From NCBI GenBank assembly GCA_002189035.1, contig NEEC01000026.1, positions 558,001 to 622,000 of the forward strand: a stretch of DNA of 64,000 bases. The letters run 5' to 3'. A program made the translations under genes and the position numbers. Positions within the stretch are counted from its first letter, which is position 1; the number at the start of each line of letters is the position of its first letter. This document shows, in pieces, positions 39,072-51,648 of the stretch. This stretch comes from Utricularia gibba (lineage: Eukaryota; Plantae; Magnoliophyta). The notes under the pieces are model-generated. The model was not told the origin of the DNA. It worked only from the letters and a program-made list of their open reading frames with translations, and made no database searches.

Positions 39072-39498
39072 GAAAGACAAAAAAGCAAAGAAAAGCCACA
39101 CCTTCCTACCGACTTCCTCCCCTCACCTTCACCGTCGGCTTCCGCTCATGACTATCATATCTATATATATACACGTCTGCCTTCCTTCAACCTCAACCTG
39201 CGTCCTCATTTCAGCCTTTTTGTTGACGCCCTTCTCTAGATTCTGACCGGAGTTCCTGTTCGCCCAACGGTAATTCCCCTCCTCCTCTTCTCTATGACAT
39301 ACTTGTGGGCGTCCGAGGATTTCTTCTGTTTCGGCGATCTCATCTTTGTCGCCAATGGTTACTGATTTTTTTTTTCGGAAAAATAAAACTATACAAATTC
39401 TTTCTTTTTTGCTTCCGTTGTCGAAAATTCCATCTTTTTCCTGTTAGCTTCTCTCGTGTGGTGCTTGATTCTTTGTCCGTCCCCTCCTCCAGGTCTCA

Positions 39499-41336
39499 AT
39501 GTGTCTAGGTCCGAAAATCAAGACCAACACTTCCGATTTGACGATGGTGGCTGGAAATCAAGTGGAAAGGGCAGAGTTTTCTCCAAAGTCTTGCACTAAA
39601 TTGCTTGAATTGGCAGCCATCGATGATTTGTCCGCCTTCAGATATGAAATAGAGATGATGGGTTCGAATTTGGATCAAGTGGGATTTTGGTACGGAAGAA
39701 GCTTCAATTCGAGGAAGATGGGGTTTGAAGAGAGAACCCTCTCATGATTGCCTCTTTGTATGGGAGCACTTCGATTCTAAAGTATATAGTTAACTCAGGC
39801 CAGGTTAATATCAACAGAGCTTGTGGCTCAGATGGTGCCACCGCGCTTCACTGTGCTGCCGCAGGAGGCTCATGGTCGTCGTTAGAGGCTGTCAAGATTC
39901 TGATCAACGCCTCGGGTGACGTTAACGCCGTTGATATGAAAGGGAAAAGGGCAGTAGACCTGGTCGCGCCATGTGTGAAAGCTTCCAGTTCCTCCAAGAG
40001 GAAAACGTTGGAGATACTGCTAAGTGGGGTTATCACAAGCACCAGTAAACTTGAGGAGGTAGAAGAGGGGAACTCTCCTAAGGCTACAAATGAAGGGAGC
40101 GAGAAGAAGGAGTACCCTATTGATATTTCCTTGCCTGATATAAATAGTGGGATATATGGAACTGATGAATTTAGAATGTATAGTTTCAAGGTCAAGCCTT
40201 GTTCCAGAGCATATTCTCATGATTGGACTGAGTGCCCTTTTGTCCACCCAGGTGAGAACGCACGGCGCCGCGATCTGACCAAGTATAACTACACCTGTGT
40301 CCCTTGTCCTGAATTCAAGAAAGGAAGTTGTGCCAAGGGAGATAACTGTGAGTATGCGCATGGTGTTTTCGAATCATGGCTTCATCCAGCCCAGTATAGA
40401 ACTCGTCTTTGCAAGGACGAAACCGGGTGTTCTAGGAAAGTTTGCTTCTTTGCCCACAAACGGGAAGAGCTCCGACCATTGTATGCGTGTACTGGCTCAG
40501 CCATGCCTTCTCCAAAGTCGGTTTCAACCACGTGTGTGGACTTGACAACATTGAGCCCTATGTCTCTGGGCTCATCTTCCATCACTTGTTCGTCTCCGAT
40601 GGGCGGAGGAATCTCTTGGCAGAGCAAGACCAATTTTCTGACACCCCCTACCCCTACTCTGCAGCTTCCCGGCAGCAGATTGAAATCAGGAATGAGTGCC
40701 AGAGAGATGGATGTAGACATGGAGATTTTGGGATTGGAGAAGGTTCGAATTCAACAAAGGCATCAACAGCTGGTTGAACAAATGTCGAGTTCTCCATGCA
40801 CATATAGCAGCAGCAGCAGTAGATTAGGAGGAGAGATAAAGGCAACCAATCTGGATGATATGTTTGGCTCCTATGATACGTCTCTGCTCTCTCAGTTGCA
40901 ATCTAGCCCCCCAGGAATGCAGATCCGGCAAAATTTGAAGCAGCTGAGAATGAGCTACCCTTCCAAAATGTCAACCTCGGGCGCTGTGGCTGCGGCAGTT
41001 TTAAACTCAAGATCATCATCTGCATTCACGAAGCGCAGCCAAAGCTTCATCGATCGTGGGCGGTCTAGCCTATCAGGGGGTGTTCCCTCAAAACTCTCGG
41101 AATGGAGCTCCCATGATGGAAGACTCGAGTGGGGGTTCAACGGGGAGGATTTAAACATGCTGAGGAAATCTTCATCCTTTGGGAATAGGAATGGGATTGG
41201 AATCGGATCGATGCCAACTCCTCCAAACCTGGAGGAACCGGACGTTTCTTGGGTCAATTCCCTTGTGAAGGAGGCAGAACCGCATGTTCATTGGCTGGAC
41301 CAAATGTACATGGAACAGGAGCAGATGGTGGCATGA
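39499..41336 (+). CDS. Ankyrin-repeat + tandem CCCH zinc-finger protein (RR-TZF, SZF/ZC3H29-like), single coding exon, apparent 1-bp frameshift at ~39738
   Basis: LLELAAIDD..F...WYGR...KMGFEERT continues in another frame as MIASLYGS...GATALHCAAAGG. FRMYSFKVKPCSRAYSHDWTECPFVHPGENARRRD and two CCCH fingers follow, with a C-terminal PDVSWVNSLVKE. A 5' UTR intron lies at ~39270-39491. Confidence 0.92.
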
Positions 41337-41566
41337 GGCCATAACGCATTCCCTTCATTTCTTTTGTTTAATTCCACATCAAGTATATTTCTAGTTTCGA
41401 TACGGACATATCGCATTAAGGCCAGGGTAAACGAAAACGGAAATACATTCCAAAGCAATCAGCCCCCCATTCTAATCATTTTCTGCATACTTGCCGGCAC
41501 TTTTGAATGATATCCCAGAAATGATTATATTGGCACAACCGTAGAAAAAGAGCATCATATCCCCCC

Positions 41567-44518
41567 TCATTGACTGCCAATGAGCCTCTCCTTTCTGTAC
41601 GTCTCTAGCTGCTTCACCTTTTCCCAGTGGTCTACCTTCAAACATGTGTCACCAAAACTAGCAGACATCAAGCGGCCCATTGTGAGCCATCTGCGAGACC
41701 AAAACAACGTCATTGCAGTCGACTGTACCACAATAACAACGATTATAATTCATGTCACAAACCGGCTAAACTCTGCGGTTCCTAGACTTCTGTCTGCTTG
41801 TCGGGCCGCAACCAAGTCATCCTCGACCACCTGTCATGTTCAAGAGCGTTCAAGAAAAAGAGAAACAAGGGGCGAAAACCTGGATTCTCCAACCTTCTGC
41901 ATCTGAGGATCAATTGTATGAGTTTCCGATTTCAAGCTGGCCAGATACCATCTCCAACCATTCAAAATCTCTTCGCTGTAACTGAAATCATCACATTCAA
42001 CCGTGGATGGATGAAAAGGAAGAACCAAATCTGCCGGAAAAATCATTGATTTCCCTTCGGAAAGGATCAAAACTTGAATATCCGTTGCCATCTCCATTTT
42101 ATAATACGTGAAATCATACTCAACCTGATGATTCCAAGAGGAGTCCAAGTAAGGCAATGCAAGCTAGGTGGCAAAAGAGTTACAAGGATACCTTCTGCAA
42201 TTCCGTCAAGCGTTTGAATAGTTGGGCGTTTTCAGAGACAAGGGAGTCCAGCGACCCTGTTTGCAGCGAGGTCTCATCTATGGTTAAGTGTGAGCCTTCG
42301 GCTAACTGCAGAAACCCAGGGACCAACCTGTGGAGATAACGGGATAACTGAAGAAACTAAAATACCGAATCATATCACTACAACGAGAGAAGGAAAATAA
42401 TCAACTACCTATTTGTCCTGTAATCCTTCTTTGAAGCTAGGCGAAGAGAGTTCAGATTATCTACTGTGAGAGGCACATGTCGCGTGTACGGTAGAATGCT
42501 AGTTAAGGCACGCCTTAGTTGATTTCCGAATACAGACATTCTTTCCTCATCAAAACCTATAAGATTCAAGGATAGCTTCCCTATGGGCATGGAATCTGTT
42601 CTTGAGTGAACCTGCAAGAGAATTGATTCTTTGCTTATGTTCTCTTTGAAGGCTCCGGTAACACTACAAGTACTTTTTACCCTGGATAAAAGGTGCAACA
42701 ACATGTACTCAGCAGCTAAACTGTCATTCCCGAGAACAAATGTAAGGTGCCTTGTAAGACCTTCCCTTAGAGTTCTCTTCACATCTTGTGTTACCTGCTA
42801 TATCATACATAACTTCGATAAGGATGCTTCCTAATTAAAAGAAAGTGCAACAAGATTTTCAACTGACCTCCAGTGGGCAACTCACAAGAGAGTGATTGAT
42901 TGCAAATTTGCGATATGAAACACAATCAATACAAGGGACCTGCAGTGAAAACATCATGCAAGCTTGGAACCAGTCGTCTTCAAAATTTTCCAGACTAAAA
43001 CAAACTCAATGTAAACAATTTCTCCAAAAGGAAACCAACTTTATAAGTTGACAAGAGTAAGAGTAACCTTGGCACGTGACCCATGAAGCAATGGATCATC
43101 GCAGAATCCGTCCATCATATCATCTTTCTCAGTTTCTTCCATGATAAGCTCGGTCTCGCGAGTGAAAATGCCAACAAACTCAAAAACGCCATTTAGCGGC
43201 AAGTCTGACTCAGGGGAGTCATATACCTGTCCTTCAAGAAAATAACTTGGCGTGATTTAACAGAGGTCCCTTCCTTATAGGATATAGTAATTGGCATATA
43301 ACTGGTAGATTGACCTTGATTAGACAAGAAAATGGGGCTCCTTCATCACCAATGGCTGAATCCAACCTTGGTATGATGCGCTGAGCCATGTTATGGCCGT
43401 TTGATAGCTCGAGATGAGCATTATCTCCCCTCTGTGACACGAGAGGGGTAGTGTTAAGTTTTCAAGGCAAACCATATAAGCAGAAGAGTGCTAAAATAAC
43501 GTTTCTCTCGTCAAGCACGGCGTTTGGTTTTACTCACCATCTTTTTATTGTTAAGGGTATCCACAGGAGAATAAACACCTTCCTGTCATAGACTGCTTTG
43601 TCAGTTTCAGAACAAAGTAAATTTCTAAAGCATTAGAAGCACCAGCGCGTAGCCATATACCAACATATCAACATCAGGTATGGCTGAAGGATCTTCTCTG
43701 TGGCGCTTCTCCCTTGATTGATGCATGGAATTGACATATTGACTGGTAGCAGCTTCATAAGACACTTGGACCCATGAGCTCTGCCCAGGAACCTAAGAAG
43801 CCAGAGAAAAATTACACCATATGGCCACCAGCAGTAAGGCAGATCTAACAAAATATAGTAAACTTACAGGGACACAATAAAGCAGGCGGCGCTCCCAAAT
43901 CCTGGTATCTGACATGCCATCCATTGGGCAGGTTGGATTGCCATCAAACTTATTAGTAAGCCAGTTTTCTCCATCCTTGGCAAAAATAAAGGTAAAATCC
44001 AACTTAACGATGTGGCTATGCCATGCAGCTTTCATATAGATAGCATAACAACCATCGGTAACTTTGAGGAGGTGTACGAGAGACAGACAGGTATACCTTG
44101 TAAGCACCAACATAGTATTCGCTACCCAGCATGTCTTGTACCATACCACGAAATCTAACGAGCGTTTTGGGCTTAAGCCAATTGATGGTTGATGGATTAA
44201 GTATGGGCACCTAAGACAGGTATGCTTCAATTAAATGACCAAATCATGCCATCTCAAAATTACAGAAACTAAAACCAAAGTAACCCTAAACAGAAAAGAC
44301 GAGAGCAGCGGCGAAACAAAATGAAAAAAAAAAGAAAAAAAAAAACTAACATGAGAAATGCGACCATCATCAAAAAGAAACTGATGAAAAAGATCGGCAA
44401 CACCCCAATCCATGCCGTCGAGCGCAGGCGACTGGTCACTCGCCGCCACAGCCTCTCGGAAAGTCGATAGAACAACTCCGAGTGGGTTGTCAACAAAATC
44501 ATACCGCAAACCCACCAT
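41567..44518 (-). CDS. MCMBP: Mini-chromosome maintenance complex-binding protein (ETG1 orthologue), 14 exons, frame intact
   Basis: Exons 44518-44351, 44210-44097, 43975-43868, 43792-43661, 43582-43538, 43431-43315, 43226-43068, 42939-42868, 42794-42681, 42611-42409, 42327-42192, 42124-41894, 41830-41763 and 41690-41567 splice in frame. Motifs LVRFRGMVQDMLG, WERRLLYCVP, GKLSLNL, VEYDFTYYKMEMATD and VEDDLVAARQ. Confidence 0.94.
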
Positions 44519-44601
44519 CTTCGTTCTAACTCCTAGGTCTTTTGTCGAAGAGTGTTACGCCTAATGTACCCAGTAGTGTGTCACGCCAGGAGCCTGGAAG
44601 C

Positions 44602-44634
44602 TTTCGCGCCAAATTGTTAATTATTCCCGCCAAT
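44602..44634. promoter_or_regulatory. Two bidirectional E2F binding sites in the MCMBP promoter
   Basis: TTTCGCGCCAAA (44602-44613) and ATTCCCGCCAAT (44623-44634) each match WTTSSCSS on both strands, 85-115 bp upstream of the ATG. The Arabidopsis orthologue is E2F TARGET GENE 1. Confidence 0.8.
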
Positions 44635-45432
44635 TTGTAGCTCAGCAAATTACGATGTCGGAACAAATTTCCTTATTTATTGAGGCCCAGACCCAGATGA
44701 CAAAGACCGAAGGATATGGATTCAAGTGTGTTTCAAATTCTTTTGTATGAAAATTCATTTTTGAAAAAAAAAATTCAACTTTATGAAAAGCGTAAATAGT
44801 AGAGTATGACTTTTCGGTAATAATTGATTTTTAAAAATGAATTTTAATATTGATTTTACAATTATTAATACCCATTTGTTATAAATAATCATAATTACTA
44901 AATACTTTCAATTTTACATCATCATTTTAATATAAATCTATTTAAATTAAATAATAATATAAAATATATCTTTTTAAATTTATATACTTATAAAATATGA
45001 TTATTAGTAAATATGATTAAATATGCTATTTAATTAAAAAAATAATTCTCATTTTTTATATTTTATAATAAATCAATTTTATAATAATTATTTTCAAATG
45101 CACATCACTTTTCATTTCTATTTGAATTTCAATTGTATTAGAATCACCTTTGAAAAGGTTTCCCCAAACATACCATGTGACTTGATGCCCCTTCTCATGA
45201 AGGTGTTTAATTTATTATTATTATTATTTCTTTTTATAATATGCTATATTAGGCTTAATAATTTTTAAAAATATTTCAAATTATTTGAAAAAATATTGAT
45301 TATTATTTAAATGTATTGAATCGATTCACTAATTTATTCATAGGTTGGACTTGAAACAAATTTAAATCCAATTTATACCCATAATTTTAAAATGTTATTT
45401 TACGTTGGTATGAAACCGGGGTTTTGTTGTGT

Positions 45433-46094
45433 TCAACTTTGGGAGAAGAGCCTGACGAAGAAATTGGAAGAGGTAGGCCGGGCGTTGTTCTCCGGGTCCA
45501 GGCATGCGACGTGTACGTATCTTCCAAACTTGTCCACTTGTCTGGGCTGCCCGTCTGTATTCCTGTTGCAGACTCGGCACTTCTTGTCCACCCATCCTTC
45601 TTCCACATACTGCCCCTCCACTGCTCAACAACAATCACACACTTGATTCATCTCAATCATGATTTTCGAATGCCTTTCATTTTAGTAGCGTAGCATACCA
45701 TCAATGTATGATTTGAAAAAATCCTTGTAAGTTCCGCCGATTTTCCTCCTCAGAGCCTTGTACTGTATGCAACAAGTACTTCAGGAATCAAAATCATCGA
45801 GAAGCGTCAGGCAATAGCTAAGGGAGACGATCTTGCCTGATCTCTGGTCATCCTTCCACCCGAACGTGTCGCCTCCCTGGCTTCTTCCAGAAGCTCGGCA
45901 TCTTTATCTGATCTCACCTGCGAAAAATCAAGCGCATCCAAGAACGATGGCTGCCTCCTCGTAGCCTCTTTGTTCTCTTCCCCAGCATCTTTTCTGCTGC
46001 AATTCACTCGCACGAGTTGTCGTGGTTTCCTGCTAAAACCATCGCCGCCAAGACCCATAGGGAAAGACAACACATCGAAACCTCTCGTGCCCAT
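45433..46094 (-). CDS. Uncharacterised plant protein with C-terminal CxxC...HxxC motif, 3 exons
   Basis: Exons 46094-45837, 45762-45699 and 45620-45433 join in frame: ...GGRMTRDQ|YKALRRKIGGTYKDFFKSYID|VEGQYVEEGWVDKKCRVC...GRYVHVACL. Intron 1 is GC-AG. The start codon is uncertain. Confidence 0.82.
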
Positions 46095-46919
46095 GCCTGA
46101 GCTGCCAATGGGGAGGGCGATGCATATACATTTATATTAAAAATAAATACATACATATAATTTCATGGCATTGGCACACTACCCCTTATCACCACAGCCT
46201 TTGCTTCTATTCGACGTGGCCTTTGGTGGTCTTTGGATGGAGTCATGGAGCTTATTGATTCCACACTCGTAACATTTTCTGTGAGCCTTTCATATCATAT
46301 CCTCTGCCCTGTCCACTAACTCTACATGGAATCTCGTATTGTAAGGAAAGATACGAAGATGGAACACCGTATACCTTACTGTAATCCACGGTTTCATTCT
46401 GCACTTTTGCCTTTTTCACAATCCTCATGGAAACTGAAAGTGAAACAACGAACAAGTTCAGCTCTCTGCGCATGAGCAAGGGACCGGCTACACTGGTAAA
46501 CCAGATATCCGCAAGGTACAAAAGTGAACCTCAGAAAAAACACCGTCACCTCCAACAAACACCAAACCAATCTGATCTCAGGCGAGGCAATAGATCAGAT
46601 GGAAGAAGCGACATTGCAGGCAGACTGTGAATTGTCAAAATGGACATCAACATAACTACAATGCACGGCAGAAACAAGATCATCACTGCTACGGATGGCC
46701 CAAAGAACTCGCCTTGAACATAACCGCAAGATAAAGATCCTTTACAAGACGGGATTAGTGATCATATTCGTCAACAGAAGGATGCGCGGATCACTAACCA
46801 AGTTTATTTCAGCTCAGCGAGTATATAGAAAGAAAAACAACTTTAACAACTTCACCCACCCACTCGAGTTCCCTCTCAAACCAGTGCGTAGCAATCCAAC
46901 CGTCTTCTTGACGACAAGC

Positions 46920-48290
46920 TCACCTACTTGAGTGGACGCCAGATTCCTTCTCGTAAACATCACCGACATATTTCCAATTGATGAAAATTGTGGATCCACG
47001 GAGACTCATAAGCATCAAAAAAACTACCTGCAAGTAGTATGCATGCTCCCACACATCAATACCCAGTAACGGTACCAAATTTGGTCCTTTAGTAACAAGT
47101 GGATCCTGCAGCAAAAGATGGCCATAATGAACAATCATGCGTTACCTCAACCCCGGGTCACATCAAAGGAAAAAATGGCATTCATGTTCCTGGACAAGCT
47201 TGTTCCGGTTTGCAACTATGGCATTCCATCTAACCTGATTTGCAGTTGTCTCGACCAGCAAGTGCTTTGATTCTTTATCCAACCCCAACCACTAGAAATG
47301 TCCAGGATCTGAGTTGAGCTACTCGTACGGAAACTTCTCTTACAACGTAATGAGACCAAAGGGGTCATTGCAATCTTACCACCCATCCAGATCCCTGTAA
47401 TGCAGCCCCTTCTGTGGTAACCTTCTGGATTAGCGCTTCGAAGGAGCCAAAATCCTCGTCAATGGCCCAGCCTAGAGAACCCTTAGGAGGGTCCCCTCCT
47501 CCTTCCTGCCAAACAAATTAAAAATTATTTGAGAAATCTTACCCAGTTTTGTAAAATGAACTAAAATATCGCCTTACCTGCACAGGCGCGAGGTTCTTCC
47601 AGAAAATCGAGTGATTGATATGACCTGTTTTTTTTTTTTTTTGAAAAAAAAAGCAAGGTAAACCAGGTTCCACAGGAACTACCAAATTGGCAAGACCATG
47701 AATCAACGAAACGTCCTGATATTGTTAATGAAAATCTGCAATTTTCGCCTGTCTTCCCTTAGTAGATTAAACTAAAATTAGCGCAAGAATTGCAAAGTCT
47801 AGAAGCAAAATCCCATGTTTCGAAAACGGTACACATCCAAACGCACTGGATATTGTTCAGACTCAGCATTAAATCTCAATTTTGCAATTCAAACCAATCA
47901 AGACAATCCCAAGCTCAAAAGCAAATAAGAATCCTAAGGAATATTCCGTCAGCGAGATAAAAACAACGAGAGAGAGAGAGCAAAGAACAACGCTGCCGAG
48001 GACCAACCTCCGCCGTTGAATTTGATGGAGCTATGCAGCTTGACGACGGTCGAGGCGTCCCCTCCGGATATGGCAGCATCCAGCTGCTCGAGAGCCTTGT
48101 TGTAATTTGTTATGTAAGCCTGGTGATGCTTCTGGTGGTGGAGTTGCATGATTTCGCCGCTAATGGCCGGCTCTAGGGCGCCGTAGTCATATGGAAGGTC
48201 AGGCAAAGAGAAGGTGTGGAGCCCTCGGAGTGCCAAACGCAATGGCAAGGCTCTCACAGTCTTCCCGGCAAGAAGGGATCGGAGCGCCAT
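46920..48290 (-). CDS. MSD1: Mitochondrial manganese superoxide dismutase; start of the last coding exon missing
   Basis: Exons 48290-48008, 47624-47578, 47505-47380, 47291-47235 and 47105-47028, with [41 protein letters not shown] and [12 protein letters not shown]. The expected YKNVRPDYLKNIWKV is absent before INWKY at 46982. Confidence 0.9.
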
Positions 48291-48849
48291 GGTTGAAACT
48301 GAAAGCGACACCGAAACCTGGTTTGGTAGATGGAAATGGGAGCCTTGTGTACAAGAGTGCCACCTTCACACTTCTTTATTAAGGGTGTCTCTGGTAAGTA
48401 TATATTCTTTGGTCTAGTGATTTTATTTAAGACTATGTTTCATAGGTTAACCAGATTCTACTCATTTTGTTCAAGAATACTATCTAGTATTCTCGTCTTG
48501 ATTATTTGGTATATCTTTAAATGAAGGGTTTGAGTTATATTACTGCTTTTTCATTAGGTTTAATCGAAAAGTATTATAAATGAACGGCTAATGTGATTGT
48601 AGTTTATCTAATAAATCCTAAAGTACATCAACCTTTTACTTAAAGCATCTTTGAAGTATAATCAATCATATTTGATAAGTAAAGCATAACTTCATACATG
48701 TAAATCGAAGAAAATATCTTAATTATAAGGAAAAAAGTCATCTGAGGCAAAGTGTTCAATAAACTAAACATAAAGTGAAATGTTATGTTTCTCGTTTGGT
48801 ACTGTTCACTGTATGTAACAATAACGTTGAATTGAGTTTCAATGTATCC

Positions 48850-49321
48850 TTTTCACGTTGAAGGTTTTTTCTTCCAGAAAAATCATCTTCCTCTTCATTC
48901 ATTTCTTATGTTCTTCCTAATCATTCATCATTCTATTGTTTTTCGAAGCTCCAAAATATCTCCCTCTCTCCTCTTCTATTTTTTTCATGTGAGTATTGTT
49001 TTTGATATCCCTAATGTTCTTATCTTGAATTTTCAAATTGCAGGTGACAAGACAATGTTTTTTTGTCCGCCGTCAGATATTGCACCCCTCTTGACTTGAT
49101 CCACATATTTTTGAATTCGATCTGCTGCTAATTTTGATGCTAAGACTCAATTAAACATCAAATATACTGGACTAATCAAAGTATTTAGTTCATGTTTGCA
49201 CATAAACATGAAAATAGCCTAAATAACACTTAAAACATGAAAAACTATATAAACACACTTTAAATCCTAACAAAACATGATAATTTTGTATTATAAAATA
49301 CTAAAAAATATGTGTCTATCA
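48850..49321 (-). mobile_element. Truncated LTR fragment (5' end on minus strand)
   Basis: The reverse complement begins TGATAGACACATATTTTT, similar to the start of the 52726 LTR (TGATAACACATATTTTT). The left boundary is a guess. Confidence 0.4.
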
Positions 49322-50128
49322 CTATGAATTCAGCTTTTGAGTCCTATTCTATGATTATTGATTAGGGCCAAAACCAATCTTATTCAAAGTGAAGAATCCA
49401 AGATTGGGATCAATTATATCCTTCAATTCTCATACAAGCATTGGACGTTACTATTACTCAAACTTTGAAAAGTGGCAAAATTGATTTCTATCAATTACTG
49501 TTCATCTTAATTGTTTTAACAATTTAGTATAATTATTTCTTAATAATTGTTACAATTATTCCCCAATATTTTTTAAATTAACATAATTGGTTCTTAAGAA
49601 TTTGGTGCTTACTATTCACACAAACAACTTGAGATAAATGGTCTTTATTATTTGATATAATTGGCATAACTAGTTCTAGCTATTTATGTATTTGATAAAA
49701 TTAGTCTCTCCAATATTATTTACACAATTTTTATATTTTAAAATGATACTTATTCACACTTGCCATATTTAATAGAAGAGTCACACTCTATAATAACAAA
49801 GACATCACAAAAGTTAAATTTGATCAAACTATGTAAAATCGTAAACCAAATCCATCCATTTTATAAAAAATAGAAAAAATAGTATATTACTATTACAAAA
49901 CTATAATGTAAACCATTATCATTCACGGCTCACTGATGTTGTCAATATTGGAACTTCGAAGATAACTTCAATCATCAATCATATGTTGATGTTGAAATAA
50001 AATTCTTATTAACATGAGTAATGAGTGTACTAAGAAAGATTATGTTAAAACTATATGATATTCATACAATATATACATGAATTTTTATTAAAAATCATCA
50101 ATATATACTAAATTTCTTTCTGGTCAAA

Positions 50129-50165
50129 CTAGTCGTTGGCCCGGTGTGTTGCCAATGGCTAGCAA
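50129..50165 (-). mobile_element. Possible Helitron 3' terminus
   Basis: ACTAG followed by GGCCCGGTGTGTTGCCAATGGC, a degenerate reverse complement of the hairpin + CTAG|T end. No 5' end identified. Confidence 0.3.
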
Positions 50166-51098
50166 TATTTATTTTAATATCTCTTAACATGTTTTATATT
50201 TTTTTAATCTTATTTGGGTTTTGTGATATTAATCAAAAAATTATTGATAATCACATTTTTTGTTGTTAATGTTTTTTAAAAAAAACAATGACCATTGGAT
50301 GACTTGGTTACATTTAATGAATATTTTAAATCGAACCAATGATTCGACGATTCCTAATACATTGAACTGAACTGAAATCATATGGTTCCGATTCTGGAAC
50401 CATACACATGCCCATGGCCCAAAACCGAACCAAAAGCATGGTTTGGTTTGAACCACGATTCTGATTTCAATCGATCGTACCTCTAGTGACAGTTTACAAC
50501 ACACTCAACAACCTCACACGACAATGCTCTGCAATATCTTATGATACCTCGTAAACATATTCTACATTAAAGAAAATAAAAAATATAGAAAATTATAGTG
50601 GTAAGTGTAAAGATTATTAATATAATGATAAAGTACATAAAAACTTGAATATTAGTTTTAAATTTTGATTACACAGATGATAGTAATCCTTCTTAGATGA
50701 TTTTCTAACATGCATCTATAAAAACTTGAATGGACTATAAGATGATTATATGAGTGATGAAAGAGGACCTTATTTCACATATCACAATGATTTCCATTGT
50801 TTGTTCATATGTTAATCCAATATAATAGGATTTGAAAGAAATTATTATAACAATAAATTAATACATCAATATATTTTATTATATACACGTATCGATATGA
50901 CTATTATTATAATATATATATAATTTATACATGTTTATCATAAATAGTAAATTTTCAAAATAGAATGTAATGAGTATACTCATGTCCCCAATCGAATACA
51001 TCATTAATGTCATTCGAATAACAATTAAAGTACTGATTGTACTCATCAATTCATTGGTGCTCGATATGGCACTGGTCCTACTCCACATACAATGGGAA

Positions 51099-51648
51099 TG
51101 ATGAGGTTTAAATCCAATTTGGTTAATCGGCTACTGAAAGGAGAGCCAAAAGGTGTCCTGACAGTCTGGCACAGGCCGACAGACCGATAAATGTTAGAGT
51201 TGTCAGCATTGGCCGTTTTGGAAAGTCTGACAAATAGCCGAATTACAGCAATGACAGAAGCAGTCGGTAGTTATCTGAAAGCAGGACTGCAATACAGGCA
51301 ACATGCGCAGAAAGTAGGTGACATCTATAGAATTCAGAATTCAGTTAGACCAACCTCTCCTATAAATGTAAGAAATTCTATAGAGGAAATGGTTGGATTT
51401 CAAGCCCTCTGACTTGTATCTTTTCTCCATCTCCATCTAGTGAAGTCACTTTACTGCGAGCTCCAATAGCTCCGTGGTTTTTTTTATTCCTTAACAATTT
51501 CCGCGTAAAAATCCCTTGTCTTCTTTCATTTCTATTGATCACATTGCAATGCACAACTCGTAAGAATCTGAATCGGATAGGACATGTTCGATTGTATTCT
51601 TGAACCGAAAATCGAACTCCACCCTCTTGCCGGTTTTTGACCACAACA
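51099..51648 (+). mobile_element. Solo LTR (550 bp), Tat lineage
   Basis: TGATG...AACA termini, near-TSD GGGAA/GGGAC, and collinear similarity to the reverse complement of 17215-17755. Confidence 0.85.

Noticed and set aside
44725-45175. Tourist-like MITE
   Set aside because: The right end CCAAACATACC is TIR-like, but the left end matches poorly and no TAA/TTA TSD was found.
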